A DNA stretch of 63,489 nucleotides, filler included, from Reclinomonas americana ATCC 50394 (taxonomy: Eukaryota): assembly GCA_048213135.1 (NCBI GenBank). It is 8 parts of 8 records of this genome, joined end to end, with 100 filler letters (N's around TTAATTAATTAA, not from the genome) between each part and the next. Parts side by side here need not be neighbours in the genome. Positions count along the whole stretch, not along the records: positions 25,362 to 32,277 come from AFZH01019021.1; positions 32,378 to 57,294 come from AFZH01019022.1; 6 more parts are not named here. One strand, 5' to 3'. The position numbers and the translations under genes are program-made. Under the pieces are notes generated by a model, which saw only the letters and a program-made list of their open reading frames with translations, was not told where the DNA came from and made no database searches. Positions 25,362-38,400 of the stretch are shown piece by piece (positions within the stretch are counted from its first letter, which is position 1; each line of letters starts with the position of its first letter).

Positions 25362-27805
25362 TGCTCATCTTGTCGTCGACGACGGCCGCCTGTGCCAATT
25401 CAGCACGGAGAGTGAATACGGCGACACGAACGCACACACACACACATGCATGCAGGCCGGCCTGGACGCAACGCATGGAGTGGTGAGGGGAACCGACTGA
25501 GGTGGTACGTTGGCGCGCCAGGAATCGCACCGATGCGCATTGCCTCTTCGCGAGCGCATGCAAACAGTGAGTTTATGGAGGCAAACAAGCGCCTCGCAAC
25601 AACAAAACACACACACCGTCCACGATTTGGTGACTGGGGATCTCTCGATCCTTTAGGTACGCCCTCACATTGTACTGCTCGCCAAAGATGCTCGTGTCGT
25701 TCAGCACACGCAGAGTACGGACAGCGTCCACCGCTGCATCCACGAACTCAGTAAGAAGACACGCGAAGGCATGGCGACGAGCAGCACAAAAAGACACACT
25801 GCACGCACGATCGACAAACTCCACAATCGCGAATCCCTTGCTACCGGCACGCATTTTGGCCACTGGTCCGACACACAGGCTGAGATACGCCAGCAACTCG
25901 TACTTGCGTTCGTCTGCGGTGCGCGGGAAGCCTGTGATGAAGACAGTGCGACTCTGCGCGCCATCAAAAAACGCGCGATGTATGAGGTCCACCGAGTCCT
26001 TTCTGCACAAAAAAGTGGTCAGTGTGATGGCGAAAGAAGCGCCAGCCTGGCCAGTTTAACACGTAACTGGCTCGGGAGGTACACAGAGCACGAGTCGGTG
26101 AGCGCGTGGTCCACCACCGTGATGCGATTCAGCACTTGCCACAGATCATCTTCAGTCGGTGGCGCGCCAATCGGGATCGTGCGCAGGCGTGTGAATGGTG
26201 ACAGGGAGCGCGGTGGTTCGCGCTCATCAGGCGACCGTGCTCGCCGCGGTGGCGGTGGCGACGCGCGCGGACCGGCAAATCGTGGGTTGTCGTGGCGCGG
26301 AGGTGAGCGCCGACCCGGCGGTGAACGTGTTCGCGAATCGCGCCACCCATCCTGCGGATGCCCGTTGCCCGCACGTGCAGGGTAACGATCACGGTGCGGC
26401 GGTGGTGGCGATGCTGATGACAACGGCGGCGGCAGCGGTGGTGGCGGTGGCAAATGGCGAGCTGGTGGTGGCTGGTGATAACTGTGGTGCGGAGGCGGAG
26501 GATGTGCAAGTGGCACAGGGGGTGGCGGCACCGTGTCGCCACTGTACGGTGGTCGTGAGTCCCGTCGTGGAGAAGACCAGCGACCGCGAGGCGGTGCCGC
26601 AGATGCTGACTGCAGACACACGCACACATACACATACACGCAGCGTGAGCATAGACGCGCGTGAGACAAAAAGTAGACGCCGTACACACCTCGTAACGGC
26701 GAGCAGAGGGTGATGCGCCGCCGCCGCCGCCGTAGTCTGGATAATCGCGTCGCGACACCGAATGTGGCGGCGGAGGTGGCGGCGGCGGTGGTGGTGGCAG
26801 CGGTGGCTGCCGACGATCGCTGTCGCTACCACGCCTGTCATACGAGTCGAACGACGAAGGAGCGCGTCTGTCGTCTGCATTTGCGAACCGATCGGGTGGC
26901 GGCGGTCGGCGGCCTTGGTCGCGGTGATCGTGCTGATCGTAATAGGGATTGCGCTGACGGTGATGGTCTCGGGGGTGATGCACTGTCACTGGTGGCGGCG
27001 GCACCGGCGGTGGCGGCGGCGGTGGTGGTGGCGGAGAATGCTGACGACGATGATGATGATGATGGTGGTGGTGACGGTGATCGTCGTGATGCTGATGCGG
27101 GTGATGCTGCTGCGATGGTGCCGATCGACGCGACTCGTGATGCGATCGATGACGATCATCACCAGCGCGCTCACCGACAGGCGACGGCGACCGCGGCCGC
27201 TTTCGATCCTGCCGGTCCTTGTGTTCACGCTCACGGCGCTCGTTGTGATTGGGCGAGTCCCACGACGACAGCGGCGACGGACTCTGCTGCCCCGTGGTCA
27301 CCTGCAGCGTGTCACCTGCCGCCGCGCCAGTCGACGATGCTGCTCCCTTGTTCGCCACACCCGTATCCTCCGCATCATCCTCCGCCATTCCCACATCGTC
27401 CTCATCATCGTCATCACGCGCATGTCGCGACGAAGGTGCACCCCCACGCGACGCACTGGTGGCCGCCGTGACCGAGTCGGCAGTGGCTGCACGGCTGGCC
27501 GCAGTCACCGAGGTCACCAGTGTGCTACTGCTGCCACTGCCTCCTCCGCCTCTGCTGCTGCCGCCACCGCCACCGCCAGTGCCAGCGAGGGTGGTGGCGG
27601 GGGTGGATGGAGTGGTAGTGGTGGTGGTGTTTGTTGTGATGGCACTGCGCGGGCGCACAACAAAGCCTCCGGGGAACTGCATGCAAAATGCATCATCGAC
27701 GACACAATAAGAGACGTGTGTGTGTGTGTTGCATGTGTGCGTGCATGTGTGTGCGTCTGTGTACGTGTGTGTGCCTGAGATGTATGCACACGAGTCACGA
27801 ACCAT
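25362..27805 (-). CDS. TUT1/Star-PAP-like protein (long Pro/His/Arg low-complexity N-terminus plus RRM); 3'-truncated before any nucleotidyltransferase domain
   Basis: SRTVFITGFPRT...GPVAKMRAGSKGFAIVEFVD...FGEQYNVRAY, then ELAQAAVVDDKMS, resembles the TUT1 RRM and following helix as I recall them. First coding exon is ATG only (CCACCACCATG|GTTCGT at 27805). Confidence 0.55.
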
Positions 27806-28252
27806 GGTGGTGGTGGCGCTTGTGAATGCGCGTCGAGATGATACAGGACCAAGTTTTACGACTTGACTTTCTCGACGCTGCATACTCCAGCGTCGTGGCA
27901 GTGCAGACAAGCAAGAGACGCCCAGTGCACTCACGTGTGTCTATGCTGCGCTGCTGGTGCTGCTGCACGATTGAATGGCGAAGTCGGCGACAACCGGCGC
28001 CGGCATGCAAACGCGTTGTATGCACCGCTGCGCTGCGTGCTTGCTATTGGTCACTGGCAATGCATGAGTACGTCGTCGCAAGGGGCCCGGGGTCGCGCAG
28101 TCGTGCTTGCCCACACCGCACTGCATCAGCGCGAAAAAAAACGCGTGATTCAACGAGAACACCACTGACGCCAGCAGGTATACTTGTGCGGGGGGCGGTT
28201 ACGCCTCCGCAATGACGACTCTCTGTATTCTCTCTCTCTCCCTCTCTCCCTC

Positions 28253-28518
28253 TCAGTCGACCTTGCTGACATCAACACCGTTTCCGCCGACAACTGCACT
28301 ACCGTGCACTCGGCGCTTCAGCGCGCGCACCGTCGACCACTCCCAGGCCACGCCCGCCAACAGCGCCGTGCACTCCAGCACCACAATGCCCAGCATGCCC
28401 CACTCAAAGGCCGGCGGCACCTTTCGATCCTCCACGAGGTGGAATCGGAAAATCGCTGCGCAGCTCCACGTGGTGAGGTCACACACACACACACACACAC
28501 GCACACACACACACGCAC

Positions 28519-28550
<32 letters not shown>

Positions 28551-28902
28551 GCACCAGTGAGGACGTAATAGATGTCGCCGAGCGCCACCAGCACCGCGGT
28601 GAAGAGGCGCATTGGAGATCCAACCCGTCCAACCATCGCGGCCGCCACCTCCATCAGCCCAATCATCAGCACCTGGGGGGGCAGGAGAGTACAGTATGTA
28701 AGCTCGCGCAAACAACGCACTCTGCACAAGGAGGCGACCGCACCAGCACGCCGTGCCCCTCGGTCTGCACCAGGCACACGTCGCGGTGTGCCGATGGTGG
28801 ACACAGAGTGAGCAGTGCCGGGTTGGTGGCCATGGTGAAGCCGCCGAGGATGTTCAGCACCGAGCTCAACGACAGGATCACAGTGAGCGGAGGGAATGCC
28901 AT
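28253..28902 (-). CDS. Small multi-pass membrane protein of unknown function (3 exons)
   Basis: Hydrophobic segments LTVILSLSSVLNILGGFTMA, VLMIGLMEVAAAMV, LFTAVLVALGDIYYVL and WGMLGIVVLECTALLAGVAW; two introns, one (GT)n-rich. Confidence 0.6.
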
Positions 28903-28988
28903 GGCTTCCTTGGATAAATGATTAGATTCCGCAGTGCGTCGTCCTGTCCTCTCAATCAATCATCGTCGACGCGTGTGTGTCTTCACAA

Positions 28989-31513
28989 ATGGACAGAGAC
29001 CTCATCTTCTCTCGGCCGCTGCCTCCACTACCACCTCCACCCACGCCACCGTCCACGCGTGCCAGTAGTGGCAGTTCGCGAGCTTCACTTGGATCACCAT
29101 CGTCCGCAAGTGCATTTGCGCTCGCGACTCCCACACACGCGCACACTGGCAAGAGCAGTGACAGTGACGACAGCACCGACACGGAAGAGGAGGTAGTAGA
29201 GGGCACCACCACAACAACAGCAACAACTGAGAGCGACGAGGGTGTGGTCATCATGTCGGTGCCTCCACCCATGCCACGGACGACGCATCGGATGAAGGAC
29301 GATGAGCGCGTGACTGCCACAGCAACCGCCACTGCGACAAGCTCAATGCCAATGGGCGACGATGAAGCGTGGTCGGATCTGGATGGCGACGAGGACGACG
29401 ATGAGGAGGAAGAGGAGGAGGAAGAGGTGTGATGTTGGCAGTCAACAGCAGCTGCGATTGAGCGCTCATTGTGTATGCGTGTGCAGGGCATGCGGATTCA
29501 CGTGTCGCGTATTCCCGTGTCGCCGGGCTTGGATGAGTACGCGCACATGGCGGCGCAGGTGGCGCTGGATGAGAGCGGGCAGCAGCGGTCGTCGGTGGCC
29601 GTGGAGGCGCAATTGAGACGGCTGGTAATGGACGATCGGTTTGCCAATTCGCATCCGCGGGTGCTGGCGTTGCTGATGCCGGCCAGTGGAGCGCCGCAAG
29701 TGTGCGCCGAGTGCAGTGCGCCCGATCCCGATTGGGCGTCGGTCAATGTTGGCATTTTCTTGTGTATCGGCTGTGCGGGAGTGCATCGCTCGCTCGGAAC
29801 GCATCTCTCCAAAGTGCGTAGTGTGACGCTGGATGAGTGGAGCGAGGAGTTGTTGCAGGTGCGTGCGAGCGTGTGCGGTTGTCGCGTTTGAGGTTGCCTG
29901 CTCAATAACATTTCGCGATTGCTGATGGCAGGAATTTGAGACGGCGTGTACGCATGACCACGCGAGGGAGTGGGAGTACCGCCTGCCACCGTTTTGCAAG
30001 CCACAGGCGCAGGATGCCAACACCCTCAAGGCCTGGTTCGTGAAGCAAAAATACCAAAAGCAGACGTGGCGACGTCGCGAAGGCGATCCTCCTAAATGGA
30101 CAAAAGGTCCGTCTTGCGCCACCGTGAGCGTCTCTGCAAGTCGCACTAATAGTTTATGAGGTGTGCGTGCAGTCATTTATGATGGACCGGGTGCCATGCT
30201 ATCGCAACGCGCCATGGCCAAGTTCCGACCCGCCGACTCGTTGCAAGTGGTGACGATTGCTGCTCGTGGCACCGTTCTCCAGGTGTGTGGGTCGCAGTCT
30301 TCGTGCACATGCTCGTGGCGTACTCCCATTTTCTTTGGTGAGCTCACCGCTCCGGCAGGCGTACCCCGTCGACATTAACCACTCGTCGTTTCCCGTGTAC
30401 GTCGGCACGATTCCCGTCGATGCGCGAGTTGCCATTACCGCACCGCCGTTTACGCCCACAGGTAACATGCTCTTGCGCACTCGCACACACACACTGGCAT
30501 ACTTGTGTTGACGCGTTGCGGGATACGCGTGCTGCAGGTCCACAACGACGCTCCGTGGTCACCGTCACCTCGCCCTCCGACGAGAGTCTCCAGTGGAGTC
30601 TCACCTCGGACTCCGAGCAGGAGGTGATTGAGTGGGCATTGTATCTGCGTGCATCGACGTTCTGGGACGCCTCGGTGCGGCAGTCGTCGCTCGGTTCGCC
30701 GGGCGTTCGTGCGCTGCTGGAGGGTCGCCCCGACAACGACATGCTGATGTTGCTGGTGAGCTTCTCGCTGCGCTTGTCCCCTTGTGCTCAGCGACTCACT
30801 GCGGCGAGGGGGCGGCAATAGCGTGACTTGAGAATACGTGAAGAACACGTGCATGGCTATCTGGAGAAGGTCGGCGGGCGTTTCCGGTCGTGGAAGAAGC
30901 GATACTTTGTGTTGCAAGGATGCACGCTGTTCTATTTTGACAAGCAAAAGGTATCCACGCATGCATGCCTGTGTGAGTGCACTACCTTCAGGACGTGACT
31001 GCTCACGCCACCACGTGTGCTCCGTCGCAGCTCAAACGCCTCAAGGGCAGCATCTCGCTGCGCAACTCGGTGACCACCATGACCGACGAAGCCGGACGCC
31101 ACGGCTTTGTGCTGTCCATTTTGACGCACAGCCGCTGCTTCCAGCTGGCCAGCAAGTCGCGCGACGACCTGCTACGCTGGAAGCTCGCCCTCGATCAACG
31201 CGTGGCGCACTTTCAACAAGGCGCCCTGTATCCGAACGTTTCGTCCGTTTCTCCCTGTTTCCTTTTGTTGGTACACACTTTTCTGACAACCACTGAACTC
31301 CACACGCAGGGCGTGCCTACATTTGGTCGCTGGACCGGCGTCACGCACTCGGTGGACCTGGTGAGTGTCGCCGAGCACGCGTACGCGATAAAACTCTTCG
31401 ACCCTAAAACTCCCCGCAATGCACAGGATGACGGCGACGTGACGGTGGACGGTGGCATCGGCAGCAGCAGTAGCAGCAGCATAAGCAGCATGGCTACACA
31501 CGCTCCACCATAA
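28989..31513 (+). CDS. ArfGAP with PH domains (ADAP/centaurin-alpha-like) and an acidic N-terminal extension
   Basis: CAECSAPDPDWASVNVGIFLCIGCAGVHRSLGTHLSKVRSVTLDEW (zinc finger and catalytic Arg). A degenerate PH domain (SDSEQEVIEWALYL) and a clear PH domain (HGYLEKVGGRFRSWKKRYFVLQ...LASKSRDDLLRWKLAL). Stop at 31513. Confidence 0.88.
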
Positions 31514-31619
31514 GCATAGCACAATTGAGACAAACATGAAACTTCGAATCTCCGCATGTGCGTCCGGCGGGGATTGATTCCACCGCGCTTTTTTGTGTGT
31601 GTTTCAGAGAAGAGAAAGA

Positions 31620-32222
31620 ATGTCAGCCGAGTCTGCCACCCGTCGCGTGCGCATTGTTGCGTCTCCTCTCACTGCACACACATAGCACGTGCGCGAGTGT
31701 GTGTCTCCCTCGTGTGTGTGTGTGTGCACTGATGCCATGTCAAACCCCTGCAGCACGCCGCGCATCTTGCCCCCGTCGATGCATCTGCTGCCAGTGGCAG
31801 TGGCAGCCTTCCGGTGGAGGACCAGCTGGAGATGATCACTGCGGAAGAGGTCGCTGGCTCCTCGTCCAAGTTCGCCGACTCGTTGGAGATCAAGACGTGT
31901 GCGGCACGCGTGGGCCACCTGCGTGCATTCATGGACGGAGCGCGTTGGGTCGACATCAAGGAGGCCTCGCGAGCCATGCTTGATCGTCTGAACCTCGATC
32001 CACGAGTTGCGTTTATTCCAGCCAGCAGCGTATCGCATCTCCGCAGCATCGCATCGCGCGCGAAAATTCTCAACTCCGTGCCTGCTGCTGCTGCTGCTGC
32101 CTCCGCCAGATTCCCGATGTGACTCTGGATGAGGAGCGCGACATTATCCGCTCGCAAGTGTGCGCGTTTCTGCCCAACCTGCCGGTGCGCCTCACCGATT
32201 TGCGAGGTGTGATGATCGCAGG
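31620..32222 (+). CDS. Unknown protein, 5' exons only
   Basis: MSAESATRR, then exons LPVEDQLEMITAEEV...LDRLNLDPR-IPDVTLDEERDIIRSQVCAFLPNLPVRLTDLRGVMIAG. The intron starting at 32006 keeps frame. Confidence 0.5.
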
Positions 32223-32497
32223 TGTCTTGTGTGTGATGGCACAACTGCGGTTGGCTCAGTTGTGTGTGTGTGTGTGTNNNNNNNNNNNNNNNNNNNNNNN
32301 NNNNNNNNNNNNNNNNNNNNNTTAATTAATTAANNNNNNNNNNNNNNNNNNNNNNNNNNNNNNNNNNNNNNNNNNNNGATGCATTGAGTAGAGAGGGTTG
32401 ACGGAAAGCGCTGACCTCGACAATGTGGTGCGATTAACAAGCCTGTAGTAGAATGTGAGTGAGCGTATGCGACCCGCAAGAGTGTACGCCAGTTCGC

Positions 32498-35400
32498 TCA
32501 CCCATCAGCGTCATCCTCGCTGCGCTGGCCCACGTCGTCCACGATGCGATTCGCAGTCAAGAATGCGGCCAACGATGCAGCTTGTTCGTCGTCGGTGGCT
32601 CTTGCCTTCTTCTGACGCCACAGCCGCACAAACTCCTCCTCCGAGAGCGCCGAAGACGAATCGCCATCACCGCGCGCAAGTACAGAACGCTGCCAGGCAA
32701 GGAATTCGTGAAATAGTGCAGACAGTGTCGTTGACTGCGAGACCTGCAAAGAAAAAAGTGTGAGCTGGCACAGCAGCAAGAACGACGGCACGCCAAAGCA
32801 CGCTCACCGACAAGGACCGCTGCTGTCGAACGCTAGTCATAAAGTACATCCAGGCACCGACGACATCCTGCTTCCTCAGCATGGCAAGCACTCGCACACG
32901 GTGGAGATCGACATTGCGCGCCTGTCTTCACATGTCAACGACGCCTTGCTTCATGAAAACGCCGCATCAATTCCACTCACCGGCGAGCCCTCATTGTCGT
33001 CCACCAGTTCGTGCGCAGTCGTCACCTCACTCACCACGAAATGCGGTGACGGCGGCATTTCCGAGTGCCACAACCTGGAATTGTCGCTGCAGTCCAACAA
33101 GTGAGCGTGGACTCGGAGACATAGAAACAAAGGCCACTTGACTCACAAGTGTGTCGCCGCACCACGGCCCATGCGCACGGACGCAAGTCCACTGCCGACC
33201 GACGGCGGTGCACTCATGTCGCCAACCAACTCCTTGTCTGACACAAAGGACAACAGGCGAGCGCGCGAGTCCAGCAGGTCGTTACCGGGGCCATCGGCAC
33301 TAGCACCCATCATGGCGTATTGTGCAAGCCACAGACGCTGGAACTCGTCGGCCGACATCTCCGGTGCCAAGCTCTCCTTGCCCATCCCTGTTCTGTGCAC
33401 CCACTCGAAGAACTCGCGTTGCAGCGCCGCCAGCGAGAAGCCAACGGGGACCTGATGGACCGATCAGTCATGTGACAGGTTTGGCAAGGGGGGGAAATAT
33501 GAAGAACGGAGTGCCGGCGACTTGAGCGCCATTTGTGCACGGATACGAGGTAGAGAAAGCAGTGTCTGTGAGCAAGAATGACATCTAAAAGCACCACTCT
33601 GGCATACTCCGAGTCGAACGCAAGAGCTGCGTCCTGCCCCAGTCTCCACCACGAGCTCATTCTGCATCCAATAGCAACCCATCACGTGTGTGTAATCTAC
33701 CCTTCTTTTCCCTCACTCGAAGTTCGTTTCCCTCTCCAGCTACTCAATCGTCCATCTTCACCAACTCGTTTCGCCCTCTTCCCATTCCTCCTCTCCATCG
33801 AGCTCGTTTCTTCTCAATCAGCTCAGTTGCCCCTCATTTAGCCTTTCCCTCGGTCCACCTTCGCCTTCTCCCGATTCTGCGTTCGTCCCTCCACTGCGAA
33901 GATACCTTCGAACTCGCGCCCCTCCTATCCTCCTCTCTCGCATCAACCATCTGCTCATCTCTGTCTCTCACTCCGACCTCACCATTTCCCATGGCCATCA
34001 TGTCATTTCTGTCCTCCCTTATCGAGGCAGTTGCCAACCTCTTTCTCTCACTCCTCACGCATCAACTTCATTCCTCCTCCATCCTCTCAACCTGTCTCCT
34101 CATCCATGTTCTCCATTCTCCGCCCCTCACATCAAGTTCGTTTCTCCATCGCCTGCTCAACTGTCCTCCCACTCATTTCTTTCCCACTACTATCTGCTCT
34201 CCTCTTTCTCTCGGTTCTTTCTGTTTCTCTTTGTTCTCTTCCTTTTCCTTCTCTCACTGCCTCCTCCTCCCTCCTAATCCCCCCTCCCAGCATCGACGCA
34301 ACTGCTCTCTGTCGGCCATGTTGTGCGTAATGCAACAGCGCGCCAAAAATATCATTCTTTCGCAGTTGGGACACGGCAGTGAGCAAGTGTGTGCTGGATT
34401 CGCCTCGTACTCTCAGTCGAGCAACGCGCGGAGGCAAGGGTGGTGGTGGTGGTGGTGGCGGCGGAGGTGACCGTTGCCCACGAGCAGACACCACCACGGT
34501 GCGGTGACACTGCGCGTGTACAGATGCACACAATCGTTGTTACATCGCGAACTTGATTGCAAACCACGCCCTCCCACTCCACATCAAACTCACCTTGCGA
34601 GCCGACTCTGCACACTCCAAGTCGCTCGTATCATCGGCGGGCATGTCGATGGATGTCACCTCCACCCGCTTGCCGGTTGTTGTTTTGTGAGCAGAAGGCA
34701 ACTGCATTACAATACGCGGCGTGCGCATAAATATCTGCGAGACAACCCACACCACCGGCGCCATGATCACGCCTGCAGACAAGCGTGAGGGACTACGGGC
34801 GCGGTGAATAGATCTGGGTTGCACGAAACCAGAGATAATGCCAATCAGCATTTCGCGAAGGAAGGCGGAACCACCGCCCGTGACGGTGGCTTGCTCGGCA
34901 AACACGGCATTGGTGTACAGAGCGAGGCACACGGCAAACCAAAGAACCTGAAGGAAGTGTGGAGTGAGCAGGTTATCAAGGAATGGAAATGAAGAAAGAG
35001 ACAGAGACACAGTGTGAGTGTCACTTGCGGAAAATGGTCACTCCATATTTCCGGGCCAACGCAGACCACTTGCGGAGAGAAGATAGAGAGGGCGCTCAAT
35101 GTAAAAGTTGCACACGATCGGAAACATGATACGACACAGCGACAGTACGTGTGGTGGCGTCTTACAGACTCCTTTCTTTCCTTCTAAGACGGCAGTGCGA
35201 CGTGCATGAGTTCTCTGCAAAAGTTTGAAACACACCCCCTCTTTCTATCTTGCATTCTCCTCTTCATATTGTGTACCGTGACTGCATACAGCGCGAAAGT
35301 TGCTTGAAGAGTCCTGGTACTTCTCCATCCCCTCGCTCCCTGTTGCCATCTCTCTCCCTCTCATACTGCGCACCGTGACCGCATACAACGCGACAGTCAT

Positions 35401-38400
35401 CTGAAGAGTCCTGGTAGTTCTCCATCCCCCTCTTCGTCTCTCTCTCCTCTGTCGACGTCCTTCTCATGCAGTGCATCGTGACTGCATACAGCGCAATAGT
35501 CTCCTGAAAAGTCTTGCAAGTCCACAATCCCCCTACCTCGCTTTTTCCTTGCTCTCCTCTCCAAATCCCCTCTCTGAGGTGCAACAAGACAACTGCTTCA
35601 AGTCATTGCGCGAAGCCGACACATCTCCCTCCCTCCCTCTCACTCTCATTGTGCGTACGGCGACAGTGCAGTGTGCGGCGGTCATGTGAAGAGTATTGCA
35701 AGTCTACCGTCTCCCTTCTCCTCTCTTTTCCCTCTCCGAGTTGAAAGACAACTACGTCCCTCGTCTGACAGTCTCTCCCTGCACACTCTGCGCGTGGCTT
35801 GCTGAAGACTGCTAAAGAGTCCGGCAAGTTGTCCGTGTCCCTGTCTCCTTGTCTCCCTCTCTCTCTCTTACACCCTGCGCACAGCCACTGTGCACTTTGC
35901 ATCCTTTCCTTCTCGCCCCATCCCTCTCAGCACACGGTTACTACTGTGCTAAACTTCCTCATCGCTCATTCTCCTTTCTCTTCTCCTCTCTTAGTTTGAC
36001 AACTCAACTGTGTGCCTACAGTAAGTGCGTGAGCCGTGTCTCTCTTTCTCTCTGCTGCGAGTTCTCTGTGTGTGCGTCTTTTCGAACTTGCTCCCTTCTC
36101 CCTCTCCCCACCCTTCCACCTCCCTCCCTCTCCCTCCCCTCCCCCTTCCCTCCCTTCCCCTCCCCCTTCCATCCCCTCTCCCTTCCCCCCTTTCCACTTT
36201 CCCGCACCGTCACACGCTGCGTTCGACGGAAGCGATCCGCATTCGGGCACATAATCGTCGACACCCACGAGTGGTCATCTGCACGCAGCCACCACGCTAC
36301 TCAGAAGTGCACTGTTCGCACTAATCAAGCAGCATGCACACACCTCTCACAGCCGCCCACACAGCCACAGCGCGTCTCATCAACCAACTGCGACAACGAT
36401 TGACGCGTATCACCGAGCGCACGAGCTCTGTGCGCGTTCAAGTTAGAAACGAGCGTAGAAACACAAGAGACTCGCAAGAACAATGGCCACAGAACGTCGG
36501 AATCGTGAAACAGCCACGAAATGCCTTTCAAGTGCCGGAAGTGAGTCTGACCAAAAGAACGACAAGAGTGAGCAGTGCGATGCCACAAGGATTATGCGAT
36601 AGTCATACACACCTGCATTTTCTGCCTGCAGCCCGCGCTCGCGCAGGTCGGCGGTGGAGAACACACTGTGCACAATCACACACGCGCACTTTCAGGAACA
36701 ACTTGAGAAAATCGCCCGACGCGATACACACCCGGCAAACTTGACGCCAGCCAGCTCAGCTTGCCGCAATGGTATTTTCAACATGGTGACACATCGGACC
36801 AGCTGCCGGTCGCTCGCCTGGTCCATTTTGTAGCCAATGTACAGCTGGATGAGATAGATGACTTGAATCACTGGTGCACGCGCGCAGGGTGGTGGTGAGT
36901 GGTGAGCAGGCTCGTGGTGACAGCGGGTCGGTGAGTGCTTACCAATGACAATCGAAAATGTCGAGCTCCTCAGCAGCTGGCCCGTGAAGAGTGACAGCAG
37001 GTCGGCAGGACTGAGAATCACCACATTAGCTCACTTGCGATTCGACAACACCGCCGAGTACAGACGCAACGAGACAAAGGTAAAATGAATGTTGAAGATA
37101 TCGTGCACTGCAGAGAGAGAGAGAGAGAGAGCAATGCGAATCAGCACGATTGAACATCCAGACAAAATTCTCCACCCGAAGGACGCACAATTCACGCTAA
37201 AATCCGTCATGTGATTACAACGACACACAAACGACTGCACGTCGTGAGTTCCGCGCGTCACTCGCACAAATCTGTCACGTGTGTGTATTCGTCAGGTCAG
37301 AGCGTAAACGAACAGCACAATGCGTCGTGCGGCGTCGCAACGTTTTGCATCCGTCCGATATCCACTGCTGCCTGGTCTCGTTCCAGAACACACAAAGCTT
37401 GCCGAAGTCGGCAGCAGTAGCTGTAGAAAAAGAAAACAGAAAGGCGCCGTGAGAAGCCCTCGCCTCGCGCGAATGCCATCGTTCGCACGCACGATTGTCA
37501 CTGCGGTACACGGTCCGGTTGCAATCTGTGCAGACACGTAAGCACGTGCGCCTATTCGTCAGCTGACGCACATAATTGCAATGCAAAGCGCAACGGCTGT
37601 CATCCAGGGCCACCAGCGTCGTGTCGCCATCGTCAACTGCCTCGGGTGAGTGCAAGCCACGCACTCCACAACCATCAATGTACTCCAACACATCGCGCTT
37701 TGCCAGGAGGTGAGACACGACACATTCACGGGCAGGCAAGCATGCACATGAGACGTACCAGCTGCGGCGCGACGGCGGCCAGGAGCGCGCTATCTTGACG
37801 AGCAATCTCGAACGTGAACGATTCACCCGCAGTGGCGTTGAGAGCGATCGGCACTCCGTTTGCCGTTTGCAGAGACACTCGCTGGACAGGACTCAGGAAG
37901 ACGGTGGTGGAGTTGCGGCTGTCCGTGTAGGGCAGCAGACCTGTGACAGCCATGTAATGGGAAGACATGCTTCAGACTACTGCACGCAATACACCAGGTG
38001 ACCAACCATTGTCGATAAGTGTCGAGGTGATGATCGGGTAGACACCCTGCAGTCGCTCCGTAACGCTCAATGGGAACTGGTACTGCGTGACCAGGGAGGA
38101 GGCAACGTCATCCGTCGGGGGCACGGTGAAGGTGGAGCTGTTGGAGAACTGTGTGCGCAACATTAACAGTTCTTTTGTCAGCAGTTTTCGAGTGACGTGA
38201 GCAGGCTGCCCGGGCAGCACAGACCTGGATGCCGGGCGCCGTCGCCGACGGCGAAAGGTACGCAGACACCAGCTGTATGTTGGTGCCAATGATGGCAATT
38301 GCAGGATCGCTGGCGGTCTTGGTGTTGACAGCACGAAATCCGACAGTGGACAGTGCCGTGATACCATTATTCGCCATCTCTCCGTTCAGCACTGTGCCCC

